Below are positions 6,435-14,397 of a DNA stretch of 19,238 nucleotides, piece by piece; positions within the stretch are counted from its first letter, which is position 1, and each line of letters opens with the position of its first letter. The notes beneath the pieces were generated by a model. It was not told the DNA's origin. It worked only from the letters and a program-made list of their open reading frames with translations, and did no database searches. Position numbers and translations under genes: made by a program. This DNA is from a virus (lineage: Duplodnaviria > Heunggongvirae > Uroviricota > Caudoviricetes), in IMG/VR virus record IMGVR_UViG_2671181127_000002. One strand, written 5' to 3'.

Positions 6435-8023
6435 AACGAAAGCCTGTCCTGATTGATGTGAACGGCGTTCCGCTTCGGGAGAGTCTCAGCTACAACGGGG
6501 GCGGTGCAGGATTTGGCGGGCAAATGGCAGAGTGGTTGCCACCCTCGCAGAGTGCCGATGCGGCCCTGCTGCCCGCGTTGCGTCTGGGGAATGCCCGTGC
6601 AGATGATCTGGTGCGCAATAACGGAATAGCGGCCAATGCGGTGGCCCTGCATAAGGATCACATTGTCGGGCATATGTTTCTGATTAGCTACCGTCCGAAC
6701 TGGCGCTGGCTGGGGATGCGGGAGACCGCGGCAAAAAGTTTTGTCGATGAGGTGGAGGCGGCCTGGTCAGAATACGCAGAAGGGATGTTTGGTGAGATCG
6801 ACGTGGAAGGGAAACGCACGTTTACGGAATTTATCCGTGAAGGTGTGGGCGTTCATGCGTTTAACGGCGAAATCTTTGTGCAGCCGGTCTGGGATACGGA
6901 GAGCACGCAACTGTTTCGTACGCGTTTTAAAGCCGTGAGTCGGAAACGGGTGGACACGCCAGGACACGGTATCGGGAACCGTTTTCTGCGGGCCGGGGTG
7001 GAGGTTGATCGATATGGCCGTGCCGTTGCGTACCATATCTGTGAGGATGATTTTCCTCGCTCCGGGAGTGGACGATGGGAACGGATCCCGCGTGAACTTC
7101 CCACCGGGCGTCCGGCCATGCTGCATATTTTCGAGCCGGTGGAGGACGGGCAGACCCGTGGGGCCAACCAGTTTTACAGCGTCATGGAACGGCTGAAGAT
7201 GCTCGATTCCCTGCAGGCAACACAGCTTCAGTCGGCCATTGTTAAAGCCATGTATGCAGCGACGATTGAAAGTGAACTTGATACCGAAAAGGCCTTTGAA
7301 TATATCGCCGGTGCGCCGCAGGGGCAGAAGGATAATCCGCTTATTAATATTCTGGATAAGTTCTCCACCTGGTATGACACGAATAGCGTGACGCTGGGCG
7401 GTGTCAAAATTCCGCACCTTTTCCCCGGTGATGATCTGAAACTTCAGACCGCGCAGGATTCAGACAATGGATTTTCGGCGCTTGAACAGGCGCTGCTGCG
7501 GTATATCGCTGCCGGTCTTGGCGTTTCCTACGAACAGTTGTCCCGTGATTACTCGAAGGTCAGTTATTCAAGTGCCCGCGCATCCGCCAATGAGTCGTGG
7601 CGCTATTTTATGGGGCGGCGAAAATTTATTGCGTCCCGGCTGGCCACGCAGATGTTTTCCTGCTGGCTGGAAGAGGCACTTCTTCGGGGGATTATTCGTC
7701 CGCCACGGGCACGTTTTGATTTTTATCAGGCGCGTTCAGCCTGGTCACGGGCTGAGTGGATTGGTGCCGGAAGAATGGCCATTGACGGGCTCAAGGAGGT
7801 TCAGGAATCGGTGATGCGTATTGATTCCGGACTGAGCACGTATGAGAAAGAGCTGGCGCTGATGGGCGAGGATTATCAGGACATTTTCCGCCAGCAGGTC
7901 AGGGAATCTGCAGAGCGGGAAAAAGCCGGACTCTCACGTCCGGTGTGGATAGCGCAGGCGTATCAGCAGCAGATAGCGGAGAGTCGCAGGCCGGAAGAGG
8001 AGACAACACCACGTGAGACGTAA
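6431..8023 (+). CDS. B: Portal protein gpB-like
   Basis: 530 aa at the lambda gpB position, immediately after W. Size and order match. Confidence 0.9.
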   Translation: MKRKPVLIDVNGVPLRESLSYNGGGAGFGGQMAEWLPPSQSADAALLPALRLGNARADDLVRNNGIAANAVALHKDHIVGHMFLISYRPNWRWLGMRETAAKSFVDEVEAAWSEYAEGMFGEIDVEGKRTFTEFIREGVGVHAFNGEIFVQPVWDTESTQLFRTRFKAVSRKRVDTPGHGIGNRFLRAGVEVDRYGRAVAYHICEDDFPRSGSGRWERIPRELPTGRPAMLHIFEPVEDGQTRGANQFYSVMERLKMLDSLQATQLQSAIVKAMYAATIESELDTEKAFEYIAGAPQGQKDNPLINILDKFSTWYDTNSVTLGGVKIPHLFPGDDLKLQTAQDSDNGFSALEQALLRYIAAGLGVSYEQLSRDYSKVSYSSARASANESWRYFMGRRKFIASRLATQMFSCWLEEALLRGIIRPPRARFDFYQARSAWSRAEWIGAGRMAIDGLKEVQESVMRIDSGLSTYEKELALMGEDYQDIFRQQVRESAEREKAGLSRPVWIAQAYQQQIAESRRPEEETTPRET

Positions 8024-9518
8024 TCTTTCACACATTATTGCAGCAGCATTCAATGAACCGCTGCTTCTGGAGCCCGCCTATGCGCGGGTTTTCTTTTGCG
8101 CGCTCGGGCGCGAGATGGGGGCAGCAAGTCTTTCGGTACCACAACAGCAGGTACAGCTTGATGCACCCGGAATGCTGGCTGAAACGGACGAGTACATGGC
8201 CGGAGGTAAACGACCGGCCCGTGTTTACCGGGTGGTGAACGGTATTGCTGTACTGCCGGTGACAGGCACGCTGGTGCACCGGCTGGGGGGTATGCGGCCA
8301 TTTTCCGGAATGACAGGCTATGACGGCATTGTCGCCTGTCTTCAGCAGGCAATGGCGGATAGCCAGGTGCGGGGTGTACTGCTGGACATTGACAGTCCGG
8401 GCGGGCAGGCCGCCGGTGCGTTTGACTGTGCTGACATGATTTACCGCCTCCGTCAGCAGAAGCCGGTCTGGGCACTGTGCAATGACACGGCCTGTTCTGC
8501 AGCCATGCTGCTGGCGTCGGCCTGCTCCCGACGGCTGGTTACCCAGACATCCCGTATCGGCTCCATTGGCGTGATGATGAGCCATGTCAGCTATGCCGGT
8601 CATCTGGCGCAGGCCGGTGTGGATATCACGCTGATTTATGCCGGGGCGCACAAGGTGGATGGCAATCAGTTTGAAGCGTTGCCGGAAGAGGTTCGCCAGG
8701 ACATGCAGCAACGGATTGATGCGGCGCGCCGGATGTTTGCCGAAAAAGTGGCGATGTATACCGGTCTGTCTGTTGATGCAGTCACGGGAACAGAGGCCGC
8801 CGTTTTTGAAGGTCAGTCCGGCATTGAGGCCGGGCTGGCGGATGAATTAATCAATGCGTCGGATGCCATCAGCGTGATGGCTGCGGCGCTGAACACACAT
8901 GATACAGGAGGCACTATGCCGCAATTAACTGCAACGGAAGCTGCCGCGCAGGAGAACCAGCGAGTGATGGGGATCCTGGCGTGTCAGGAAGCGAAAGGAC
9001 GTGAACACCTTGCCACGATGCTGGCAGGACAACAGGGCATGAGCGTTGAACAGGCCCGGGCGATTCTGACCGCGGCAGCACCACAGCAGCCGGTGGCATC
9101 CACGCAGAGTGAAGCCGATCGCATTATGGCGTGTGAAGAGGCTAAAGGTCGTGAACAACTGGCGGCAACGCTGGCGGCGATGCCGGAGATGACGGTGGAA
9201 AAAGCCCGCCCGATCCTGGCGGCTTCACCGCAGGCGGATGCCGGACCCTCACTCCGTGATCAGATTATGGCTCTGGATGAGGCAAAAGGGGCTGAGGCGC
9301 AGGCTGAAAAACTGGCGGCGTTTCCCGGAATGACGGTGGAGGCTGCCCGCGACATTCTGTCCTCATCGCCGGATAAAGCAGAACCGGTCTCTGCATCCAC
9401 AACCGCCCTGTTTGAACATTTCATGGCGAATCATTCACCGGCAGCGGTGCGGGGTGGCGTGTCACAGACGTCGGCAGACGGTGATGCGGACGTGAAAATG
9501 CTCATGGCCATGCCATGA
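8013..9518 (+). CDS. C: Prohead protease / scaffold gpC-like (S49/ClpP-like peptidase domain) with an extended repeat-containing C-terminus
   Basis: GTG start overlapping the portal stop. The N-terminal half matches lambda gpC (AFNEPLLLEPAYARVFFCAL, NGIAVLPVTGTL, DSPGG.AAGAFDCAD, VWALCND, SRRLVTQTSRIGSIGVMMSH). At 501 aa it is longer than lambda C as I recall it, because of C-terminal repeats. Confidence 0.9.
   Translation: MRRNLSHIIAAAFNEPLLLEPAYARVFFCALGREMGAASLSVPQQQVQLDAPGMLAETDEYMAGGKRPARVYRVVNGIAVLPVTGTLVHRLGGMRPFSGMTGYDGIVACLQQAMADSQVRGVLLDIDSPGGQAAGAFDCADMIYRLRQQKPVWALCNDTACSAAMLLASACSRRLVTQTSRIGSIGVMMSHVSYAGHLAQAGVDITLIYAGAHKVDGNQFEALPEEVRQDMQQRIDAARRMFAEKVAMYTGLSVDAVTGTEAAVFEGQSGIEAGLADELINASDAISVMAAALNTHDTGGTMPQLTATEAAAQENQRVMGILACQEAKGREHLATMLAGQQGMSVEQARAILTAAAPQQPVASTQSEADRIMACEEAKGREQLAATLAAMPEMTVEKARPILAASPQADAGPSLRDQIMALDEAKGAEAQAEKLAAFPGMTVEAARDILSSSPDKAEPVSASTTALFEHFMANHSPAAVRGGVSQTSADGDADVKMLMAMP
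8916..9518 (+). CDS. nu3: Possible nested in-frame scaffolding protein (Nu3-like), translated from an internal start within C
   Basis: An in-frame ATG at 8916 is preceded by CAGGAGG at 5-nt spacing. In lambda, Nu3 is made from an internal in-frame start in the 3' part of C. The exact start here is inferred, not demonstrated. Confidence 0.35.
   Translation: MPQLTATEAAAQENQRVMGILACQEAKGREHLATMLAGQQGMSVEQARAILTAAAPQQPVASTQSEADRIMACEEAKGREQLAATLAAMPEMTVEKARPILAASPQADAGPSLRDQIMALDEAKGAEAQAEKLAAFPGMTVEAARDILSSSPDKAEPVSASTTALFEHFMANHSPAAVRGGVSQTSADGDADVKMLMAMP
8961..9377 (+). repeat. Three tandem, diverged copies of a ~47-53-aa motif inside the C/Nu3 coding region
   Basis: Protein-level repeats RVMGILACQEAKGREHLATMLAGQQGMSVEQARAILTAAAPQ, RIMACEEAKGREQLAATLAAMPEMTVEKARPILAASPQ and QIMALDEAKGAEAQAEKLAAFPGMTVEAARDILSSSPD. 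I recall only one such motif in lambda. Confidence 0.7.
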
Positions 9519-9554
9519 AGTCAGTGCTGACCATCAATATGAGGTTTTTACAAT

Positions 9555-9902
9555 ATGGTAACGAAAACCATCACTGAACAACGTGCAGAAGTACGTATTT
9601 TTGCCGGTAATGATCCGGCTCATACCGCCACAGGTAGCAGCGGGATTTCTCAGGCAACACCGGCACTGACGCCCCTGATGCTGGATGAAGCCACCGGGAA
9701 ACTGGTTGTCTGGGACGGACAGAAAGCCGGTAGTGCGGTTGGCATACTGGTACTGCCGCTTGAAGGCACAGAGGCGGTGCTGACCTATTACAAGTCGGGG
9801 ACCTTTGCGACGGAGGCAATCCGCTGGCCTGAAAGTGTGGATGAACACAAAAAGGCCAACGCCTTTACCGGCAGTGCCCTGAGTCACGCGGCGCTGCCGT
9901 AA
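9555..9902 (+). CDS. D: Head decoration protein gpD-like
   Basis: 115 aa with similarity to lambda gpD (DPAHTAT, TPLMLD, KLV.WDG, AVGIL, YKSGTF, WPE). Confidence 0.9.
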   Translation: MVTKTITEQRAEVRIFAGNDPAHTATGSSGISQATPALTPLMLDEATGKLVVWDGQKAGSAVGILVLPLEGTEAVLTYYKSGTFATEAIRWPESVDEHKKANAFTGSALSHAALP

Positions 9903-9959
9903 CACGTTATCAGGCCACCGCGTTGGCCTGACTGATTTCTGAATGAAAGGAACTGATTT

Positions 9960-10988
9960 ATGGGATTGTTTACGACCCGCCAGTTACTCGGTTATACCGA
10001 ACAAAAAGTGAAATTCCGTGCGCTGTTTCTGGAGCTGTTTTTCCGCCGTACGGTGAATTTCCACACCGAAGAGGTGATGCTGGACAAAATTACCGGAAAA
10101 ACGCCGGTGGCAGCCTATGTCTCCCCGGTTGTTGAAGGAAAAGTGCTGCGTCATCGTGGTGGTGAAACCCGCGTGTTACGTCCGGGCTACGTCAAGCCGA
10201 AACACGAATTTAATTACCAGCAGGCGGTGGAGCGCCTTCCCGGTGAAGATCCGGCGCAGCTGAACGACCCGACCTACCGTCGTCTGCGTATCATCACCGA
10301 TAACCTCAAACAGGAAGAGCACGCCATTGTCCAGGTGGAAGAAATGCAGGCGGTGAATGCCGTGCTGTATGGCAAATACACCATGGAAGGGGATCAGTTT
10401 GATACTGTCGAGGTGGATTTCGCGCGCTCTGAAGGAAATAACATTGAGCAGGCTGACGGTAAAAAATGGTCTGAGCAGGACCGTGATACGTTTGATCCGA
10501 CGCATGATATTGACCTCTACTGCGATCAGGCCAGCGGCCTTGTGAATATCGCCATTATGGACGGTACGGTCTGGCGTCTGCTGAATGGCTTTAAGCTGTT
10601 CCGCGAAAAACTGGATACCCGTCGCGGCTCAAATTCACAACTCGAAACGGCAGTGAAAGACCTGGGGGCGGTGGTGTCCTTCAAGGGGTATTACGGCGAT
10701 CTGGCCATTGTGGTGGCGAAAACGTCTTATGTGGCAGAGGACGGTACCGAAAAACGTTATCTGCCGGAGGGCACACTGGTCCTGGGGAATACGGCAGCAG
10801 AGGGCATTCGTTGCTATGGTGCCATTCAGGATGCGCAGGCGTTGTCCGAAGGTGTGGTGGCCTCTTCCCGTTATCCGAAACACTGGCTGACTGTGGGCGA
10901 TCCGGCCCGTGAATTCACCATGACGCAGTCCGCTCCGCTGATGGTGCTGCCGGATCCGGATGAGTTTGTGGTGGTACAGGTGAAATAA
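9960..10988 (+). CDS. E: Major capsid protein gpE-like
   Basis: 342 aa with extensive similarity to lambda gpE (PGYVKPKHE, EEMQAV.AVL.GKYTM, DTRRGSNS.LETAVKDLG, GDPAREFTM.QSAPLM). Confidence 0.95.
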   Translation: MGLFTTRQLLGYTEQKVKFRALFLELFFRRTVNFHTEEVMLDKITGKTPVAAYVSPVVEGKVLRHRGGETRVLRPGYVKPKHEFNYQQAVERLPGEDPAQLNDPTYRRLRIITDNLKQEEHAIVQVEEMQAVNAVLYGKYTMEGDQFDTVEVDFARSEGNNIEQADGKKWSEQDRDTFDPTHDIDLYCDQASGLVNIAIMDGTVWRLLNGFKLFREKLDTRRGSNSQLETAVKDLGAVVSFKGYYGDLAIVVAKTSYVAEDGTEKRYLPEGTLVLGNTAAEGIRCYGAIQDAQALSEGVVASSRYPKHWLTVGDPAREFTMTQSAPLMVLPDPDEFVVVQVK

Positions 10989-10996
10989 TCCGTGAG

Positions 10997-11027
10997 CGGG
11001 GGCGAAATGCCCCCGTGTCTTTTTTCA
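10997..11027 (+). terminator. GC-rich hairpin with T-tract between the capsid gene and FI
   Basis: A 7-bp G/C stem (CGGGGGC / GCCCCCG) with a 5-nt loop, followed by GTGTCTTTTTT, located 9 nt after the E stop and before the FI ribosome-binding site. Confidence 0.45.
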
Positions 11028-11039
11028 CAGGAGGCTGAG

Positions 11040-11423
11040 ATGGCAACAAAAGAAGAAAATCTGAATCGTCTTCGTCAACTGGCTGGCCTGCTGGGGCGCG
11101 AGGCGGATATGTCGGGGAGTGCTGCGGATATTGCTCAACGTGTGTCTGAGTGGGAAGAGGAGCTTGCTGTTTCCCCGGAGGGCATTATGCACTCTGATGA
11201 GAGCGGGGCTGATCAAAATCACACAGACGATGGTGAGCAGTTGAACAACACGGATGCTCCGGATGATGTTAAAGCCGTCCGGGTACGGAAGTGCCTGCAA
11301 GTAATGGGGTATTGCCCGGAGACAGGTCGTCCCGTTGAGCTGGCGTTACGGGGTATGCGTGTTCTGGTGCCATCATCACTGGCAACGGCCATGATACAGC
11401 ACGGAACGGCTGAATATGCGTGA
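11040..11423 (+). CDS. FI: DNA-packaging / head assembly protein gpFI-like
   Basis: Positioned between E and FII as in lambda. ATG at 11040 is preceded by AGGAGG; the track's longer ORF from 10992 begins inside the hairpin. The protein is acidic, as FI is. Sequence similarity to lambda FI is weak, so the call rests mainly on position. Confidence 0.7.
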   Translation: MATKEENLNRLRQLAGLLGREADMSGSAADIAQRVSEWEEELAVSPEGIMHSDESGADQNHTDDGEQLNNTDAPDDVKAVRVRKCLQVMGYCPETGRPVELALRGMRVLVPSSLATAMIQHGTAEYA

Positions 11424-11769
11424 TTTTCAGAATGCCTTTGATGCTGCCCTCGCCGGGGTGGACAGTACGATCGTTGAAGTGATGGGGATCCGTGCGCAGT
11501 TCACCTCCGGAGCACAACGTGGCGGCGAAGTTCAGGGGGTTTTTGACGATCCGGAGTCGCTGGGTTTTGCCGGTGGCGGGGTCCGTATTGAAGGAAGCAG
11601 CCCGTCATTATTTGTGCGGACGGATACGGTGCGTGCCGTGCGGCGTGGTGACACGCTGACCATTAACGGCGAGATGTTCTGGGTGGATCGTGTTTCTCCG
11701 GATGACGGGGGAAGCTGTTATCTCTGGCTCAACCGTGGGCAACCACCCGCTGTTAACCGGCGACGATAA
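11416..11769 (+). CDS. FII: Head-tail connector protein gpFII-like
   Basis: 117 aa with high similarity to lambda FII (GVFDDPE, VRIEGSSPSLFVRTD, RRGDTLTI, FWVDRVSPDDGGSC.LWL, PPAVNRRR). Confidence 0.9.
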   Translation: MRDFQNAFDAALAGVDSTIVEVMGIRAQFTSGAQRGGEVQGVFDDPESLGFAGGGVRIEGSSPSLFVRTDTVRAVRRGDTLTINGEMFWVDRVSPDDGGSCYLWLNRGQPPAVNRRR

Positions 11770-11784
11770 ACGCAGGGTGAAATT

Positions 11785-12360
11785 ATGGCGATAAAAGGGC
11801 TTGATCAGGCGATTGATAATCTGAGCCGGGTTCGTAAAAACGCCATTCCGGCGGCTTCAGCAATGACGATTAACCGCGTGGCCACAACGGCGATTAATCA
11901 GTCTTCATCACAGGTTGCCCGGGAGACAAAGGTACGCCGGAAACTGGTTAAGGAACGGTCCAGACTGAAACGGGCCACGGTCAGAAATCCGAATGCAAAA
12001 ATTATCGTTAACCGCGGTGATCTCCCTGTGATTAAGCTGGGGATCAGAATGCTGGGGCGTCGTCCGGACAGCATACTCAAAGCCGGTCAGCATCGTTATC
12101 AGCGGGCATTTATCCAGCGATTAAATAATGGGCGCTGGCATGTTATGCAACGTCTTCCCCAGGCCAGATATGAGGAGGGCAATGACGACAAGGGAAGGAA
12201 AAAGCGTAATCGCCTTCCCATTCAGGTGGTGAAAATCCCGATGGCGGCCCCACTGAAACAGGCATTTGATGAGAATGTTGACCGTATCCGGCGTGAACGC
12301 CTGCCTAAAGAACTGGCATACGCGCTGAAACAACAACTGAGGATTGCGATAAAACGATGA
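11785..12360 (+). CDS. Z: Tail completion protein gpZ-like
   Basis: Starts MAIKGL as lambda Z does. Shares ARETKVRRKLVKER.RLKRATV, NRGDLPVIKLG and RIRRERLPKEL. Its stop overlaps the U start as ATGA. Confidence 0.9.
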   Translation: MAIKGLDQAIDNLSRVRKNAIPAASAMTINRVATTAINQSSSQVARETKVRRKLVKERSRLKRATVRNPNAKIIVNRGDLPVIKLGIRMLGRRPDSILKAGQHRYQRAFIQRLNNGRWHVMQRLPQARYEEGNDDKGRKKRNRLPIQVVKIPMAAPLKQAFDENVDRIRRERLPKELAYALKQQLRIAIKR

Positions 12361-12752
12361 AACACACTGACATTCGTGCCGCAGTGCTGGATGCACTCGA
12401 GCAGCATGAACACGGGGCGACGCTGTTTGATGGTCGCCCCGTTGTTTTTGACGAAGAGGATTTTCCTGCGATCGCGGTTTATCTGACGGATGCAGAGTAT
12501 ACCGGTGAAGAGCTGGATGCAGATACCTGGCGGGCCACACTGCATATTGAGGTGTTTTTACCGGCACAGGTACCTGATTCGGAGCTCGATCAGTGGATGG
12601 AAAGCCGGATTTATCCGGCGATGACTGCGATCCCTGCACTGGCAGGACTGATTACCACGATGGTTACGCAGGGCTATGAGTATCGTCGTGATGACGATAT
12701 GGCGTTATGGAGTTCTGCGGATCTGACTTATTCCATTACATACGAGATGTGA
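12357..12752 (+). CDS. U: Tail terminator protein gpU-like
   Basis: 131 aa, nearly collinear with lambda gpU ([50 protein letters not shown]). Confidence 0.9.
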   Translation: MKHTDIRAAVLDALEQHEHGATLFDGRPVVFDEEDFPAIAVYLTDAEYTGEELDADTWRATLHIEVFLPAQVPDSELDQWMESRIYPAMTAIPALAGLITTMVTQGYEYRRDDDMALWSSADLTYSITYEM

Positions 12753-12759
12753 GGACGAT

Positions 12760-13512
12760 ATGTCAACACCAAATCCCCTTGAGCCGGTAAAAGGTGCCGG
12801 TACCACCCTGTGGGTTTATAACGGTCAGGGTGACGCCTATGCAAACCCGTTGTCAGACGATGACTGGCAGCGACTGGCTAAGGTGAAGGATCTGACGCCG
12901 GGCGAGATGACGGCAGAACCCTACGATGATAACTACCTGGATGATGAAGACGCGGACTGGAGCGCGACCGGGCAGGGGCAGAAGTCTGCAGGAGATACCA
13001 GTTTTACGCTGGCCTGGAAACCGGGAGAAGATGGTCAGAAAGGGCTTATAGGCTGGTTTGAAAGCGGGGATGTGCGGGCCTATAAAATCCGTTTTCCGAA
13101 CGGCACGGTGGATGTGTTTCGTGGCTGGGTCAGCAGTATCGGTAAGGCCGTGACGGCGAAAGAAGTGATCACCCGCACGGTGAAAGTGACCAACGTGGGC
13201 AAACCTTCCGTGGCGGAAGAACGCAGCAAAATTACGCCGGTCACTGCAATTAAGGTGACACCGACATCCGGTACCGTGGAAAAAGGAAAAACAACCACCC
13301 TGACGGTTTCTTTTGAGCCGGAAAGTGCAACCGACAAGACGTTCAGAGCGGTTTCCGCCGATCCGTCAACGGGAACCATTGCTGTGAAAGATATGGTGAT
13401 CACTGTGACGGGGATTAAGGCCGGAAAAGTGAGTATCCCCGTGATTTCCGGTAATGGTCAGTTTGCCACGGTAGCTGAAGTCACCGTTACTGAAGCGGGC
13501 GCTGCAGGGTAA
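12760..13512 (+). CDS. V: Major tail tube protein gpV-like, with C-terminal Ig-like domain
   Basis: 250 aa with strong similarity to lambda gpV ([71 protein letters not shown]). Confidence 0.95.
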   Translation: MSTPNPLEPVKGAGTTLWVYNGQGDAYANPLSDDDWQRLAKVKDLTPGEMTAEPYDDNYLDDEDADWSATGQGQKSAGDTSFTLAWKPGEDGQKGLIGWFESGDVRAYKIRFPNGTVDVFRGWVSSIGKAVTAKEVITRTVKVTNVGKPSVAEERSKITPVTAIKVTPTSGTVEKGKTTTLTVSFEPESATDKTFRAVSADPSTGTIAVKDMVITVTGIKAGKVSIPVISGNGQFATVAEVTVTEAGAAG

Positions 13513-13525
13513 ACGGAGGTAATAC

Positions 13526-13957
13526 ATGTTTCTGAAAACAGAACAATTTGAATATAACGGTGTATCCGTCATGCTTTCTGAGCTGTCTGCGCTGCAGCGT
13601 ATTGAGCATCTTGCCCTCCTGAAACGGCGGGCAGAAGAGGCTGAAGCCAGCGGCAACCTGCAGGTGAGTGTGGAAGATCTTGTCAGAACCGGCGCGTTTC
13701 TGGTGGCGATGTCCCTGTGGCATAACCATCCACAGAAAACGCAGTCACCGTCAATGAATGAGGCCGTGATGAAGATAGAGCAGGAAGTGCTCACCACCTG
13801 GCCTGCCGATGCCATTGCCCGGGCGGAAGAGGTGGTGTTACGTCTGTCCGGGATGAGCGGGGCTGTTCATGCGGATACTGACAGCACCGAAGTGGCGAAA
13901 AATAACGCGCTTACTGATGATGATTTTTCTGCGGGAAAGTTTTCGACGGCGAGCTGA
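13526..13957 (+). CDS. G: Tail assembly chaperone gpG-like
   Basis: Starts MFLKTE as lambda G does. Shares LSELSALQRIEHLAL.KR and GAFLVAMSLWHNHPQKTQ.PSMNEAV. The slippery heptamer lies near its 3' end. Confidence 0.9.
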   Translation: MFLKTEQFEYNGVSVMLSELSALQRIEHLALLKRRAEEAEASGNLQVSVEDLVRTGAFLVAMSLWHNHPQKTQSPSMNEAVMKIEQEVLTTWPADAIARAEEVVLRLSGMSGAVHADTDSTEVAKNNALTDDDFSAGKFSTAS

Positions 13958-14397
13958 ATTTTGCCCTCAGACTGGCGCGTGAGATGGGGAGGCCTGACTG
14001 GCGCGCCATGCTTGCCGGGATGACATCCACCGAATATGCCGACTGGCGACATTTTTACCGCACGCATTATTTTCAGGATACCCAACTGGATATGCATTTT
14101 TCCGGGCTGATGTACGCCGTACTCAGCCTGTTTTTTTGCGATCCGGATATGCATCCCTCGGATTTCAGTCTGCTGGCTCCCCGGCGAGAGGAAGCGCAGA
14201 CGGAGATGCCGGATGAGGAAGACATGCTGATGCAGAAAGCGGCAGGACTTGCCGGAGGCGTCCGGTTCGGTGGGGAGGGAGGGGGCGATATTTCACCTTC
14301 TGCAGATGTGGTGGATGTCAGCGAGGATGATGTTGCATTAATGATGGCTTCAGCGGGGATTTCCGGAGGTGTGAGATATGTCCCAGCCGGTTGGTGA
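13526..14397 (+). CDS. T: Tail assembly chaperone G-T fusion made by programmed -1 ribosomal frameshift at the G GGA AAG heptamer (13933..13939)
   Basis: GGGAAAG sits in the G frame as G_GGA_AAG. The -1 frame runs open from there to the stop at 14395..14397 and encodes the T-like part (ORF-track entry 13984..14397). This is the conserved lambda G/GT arrangement. Confidence 0.8.

Noticed and set aside
6767-7417. 216-aa minus-strand ORF (and the 6853..7167 minus-strand ORF)
   Set aside because: Antisense shadow within the portal gene. There is no independent support.
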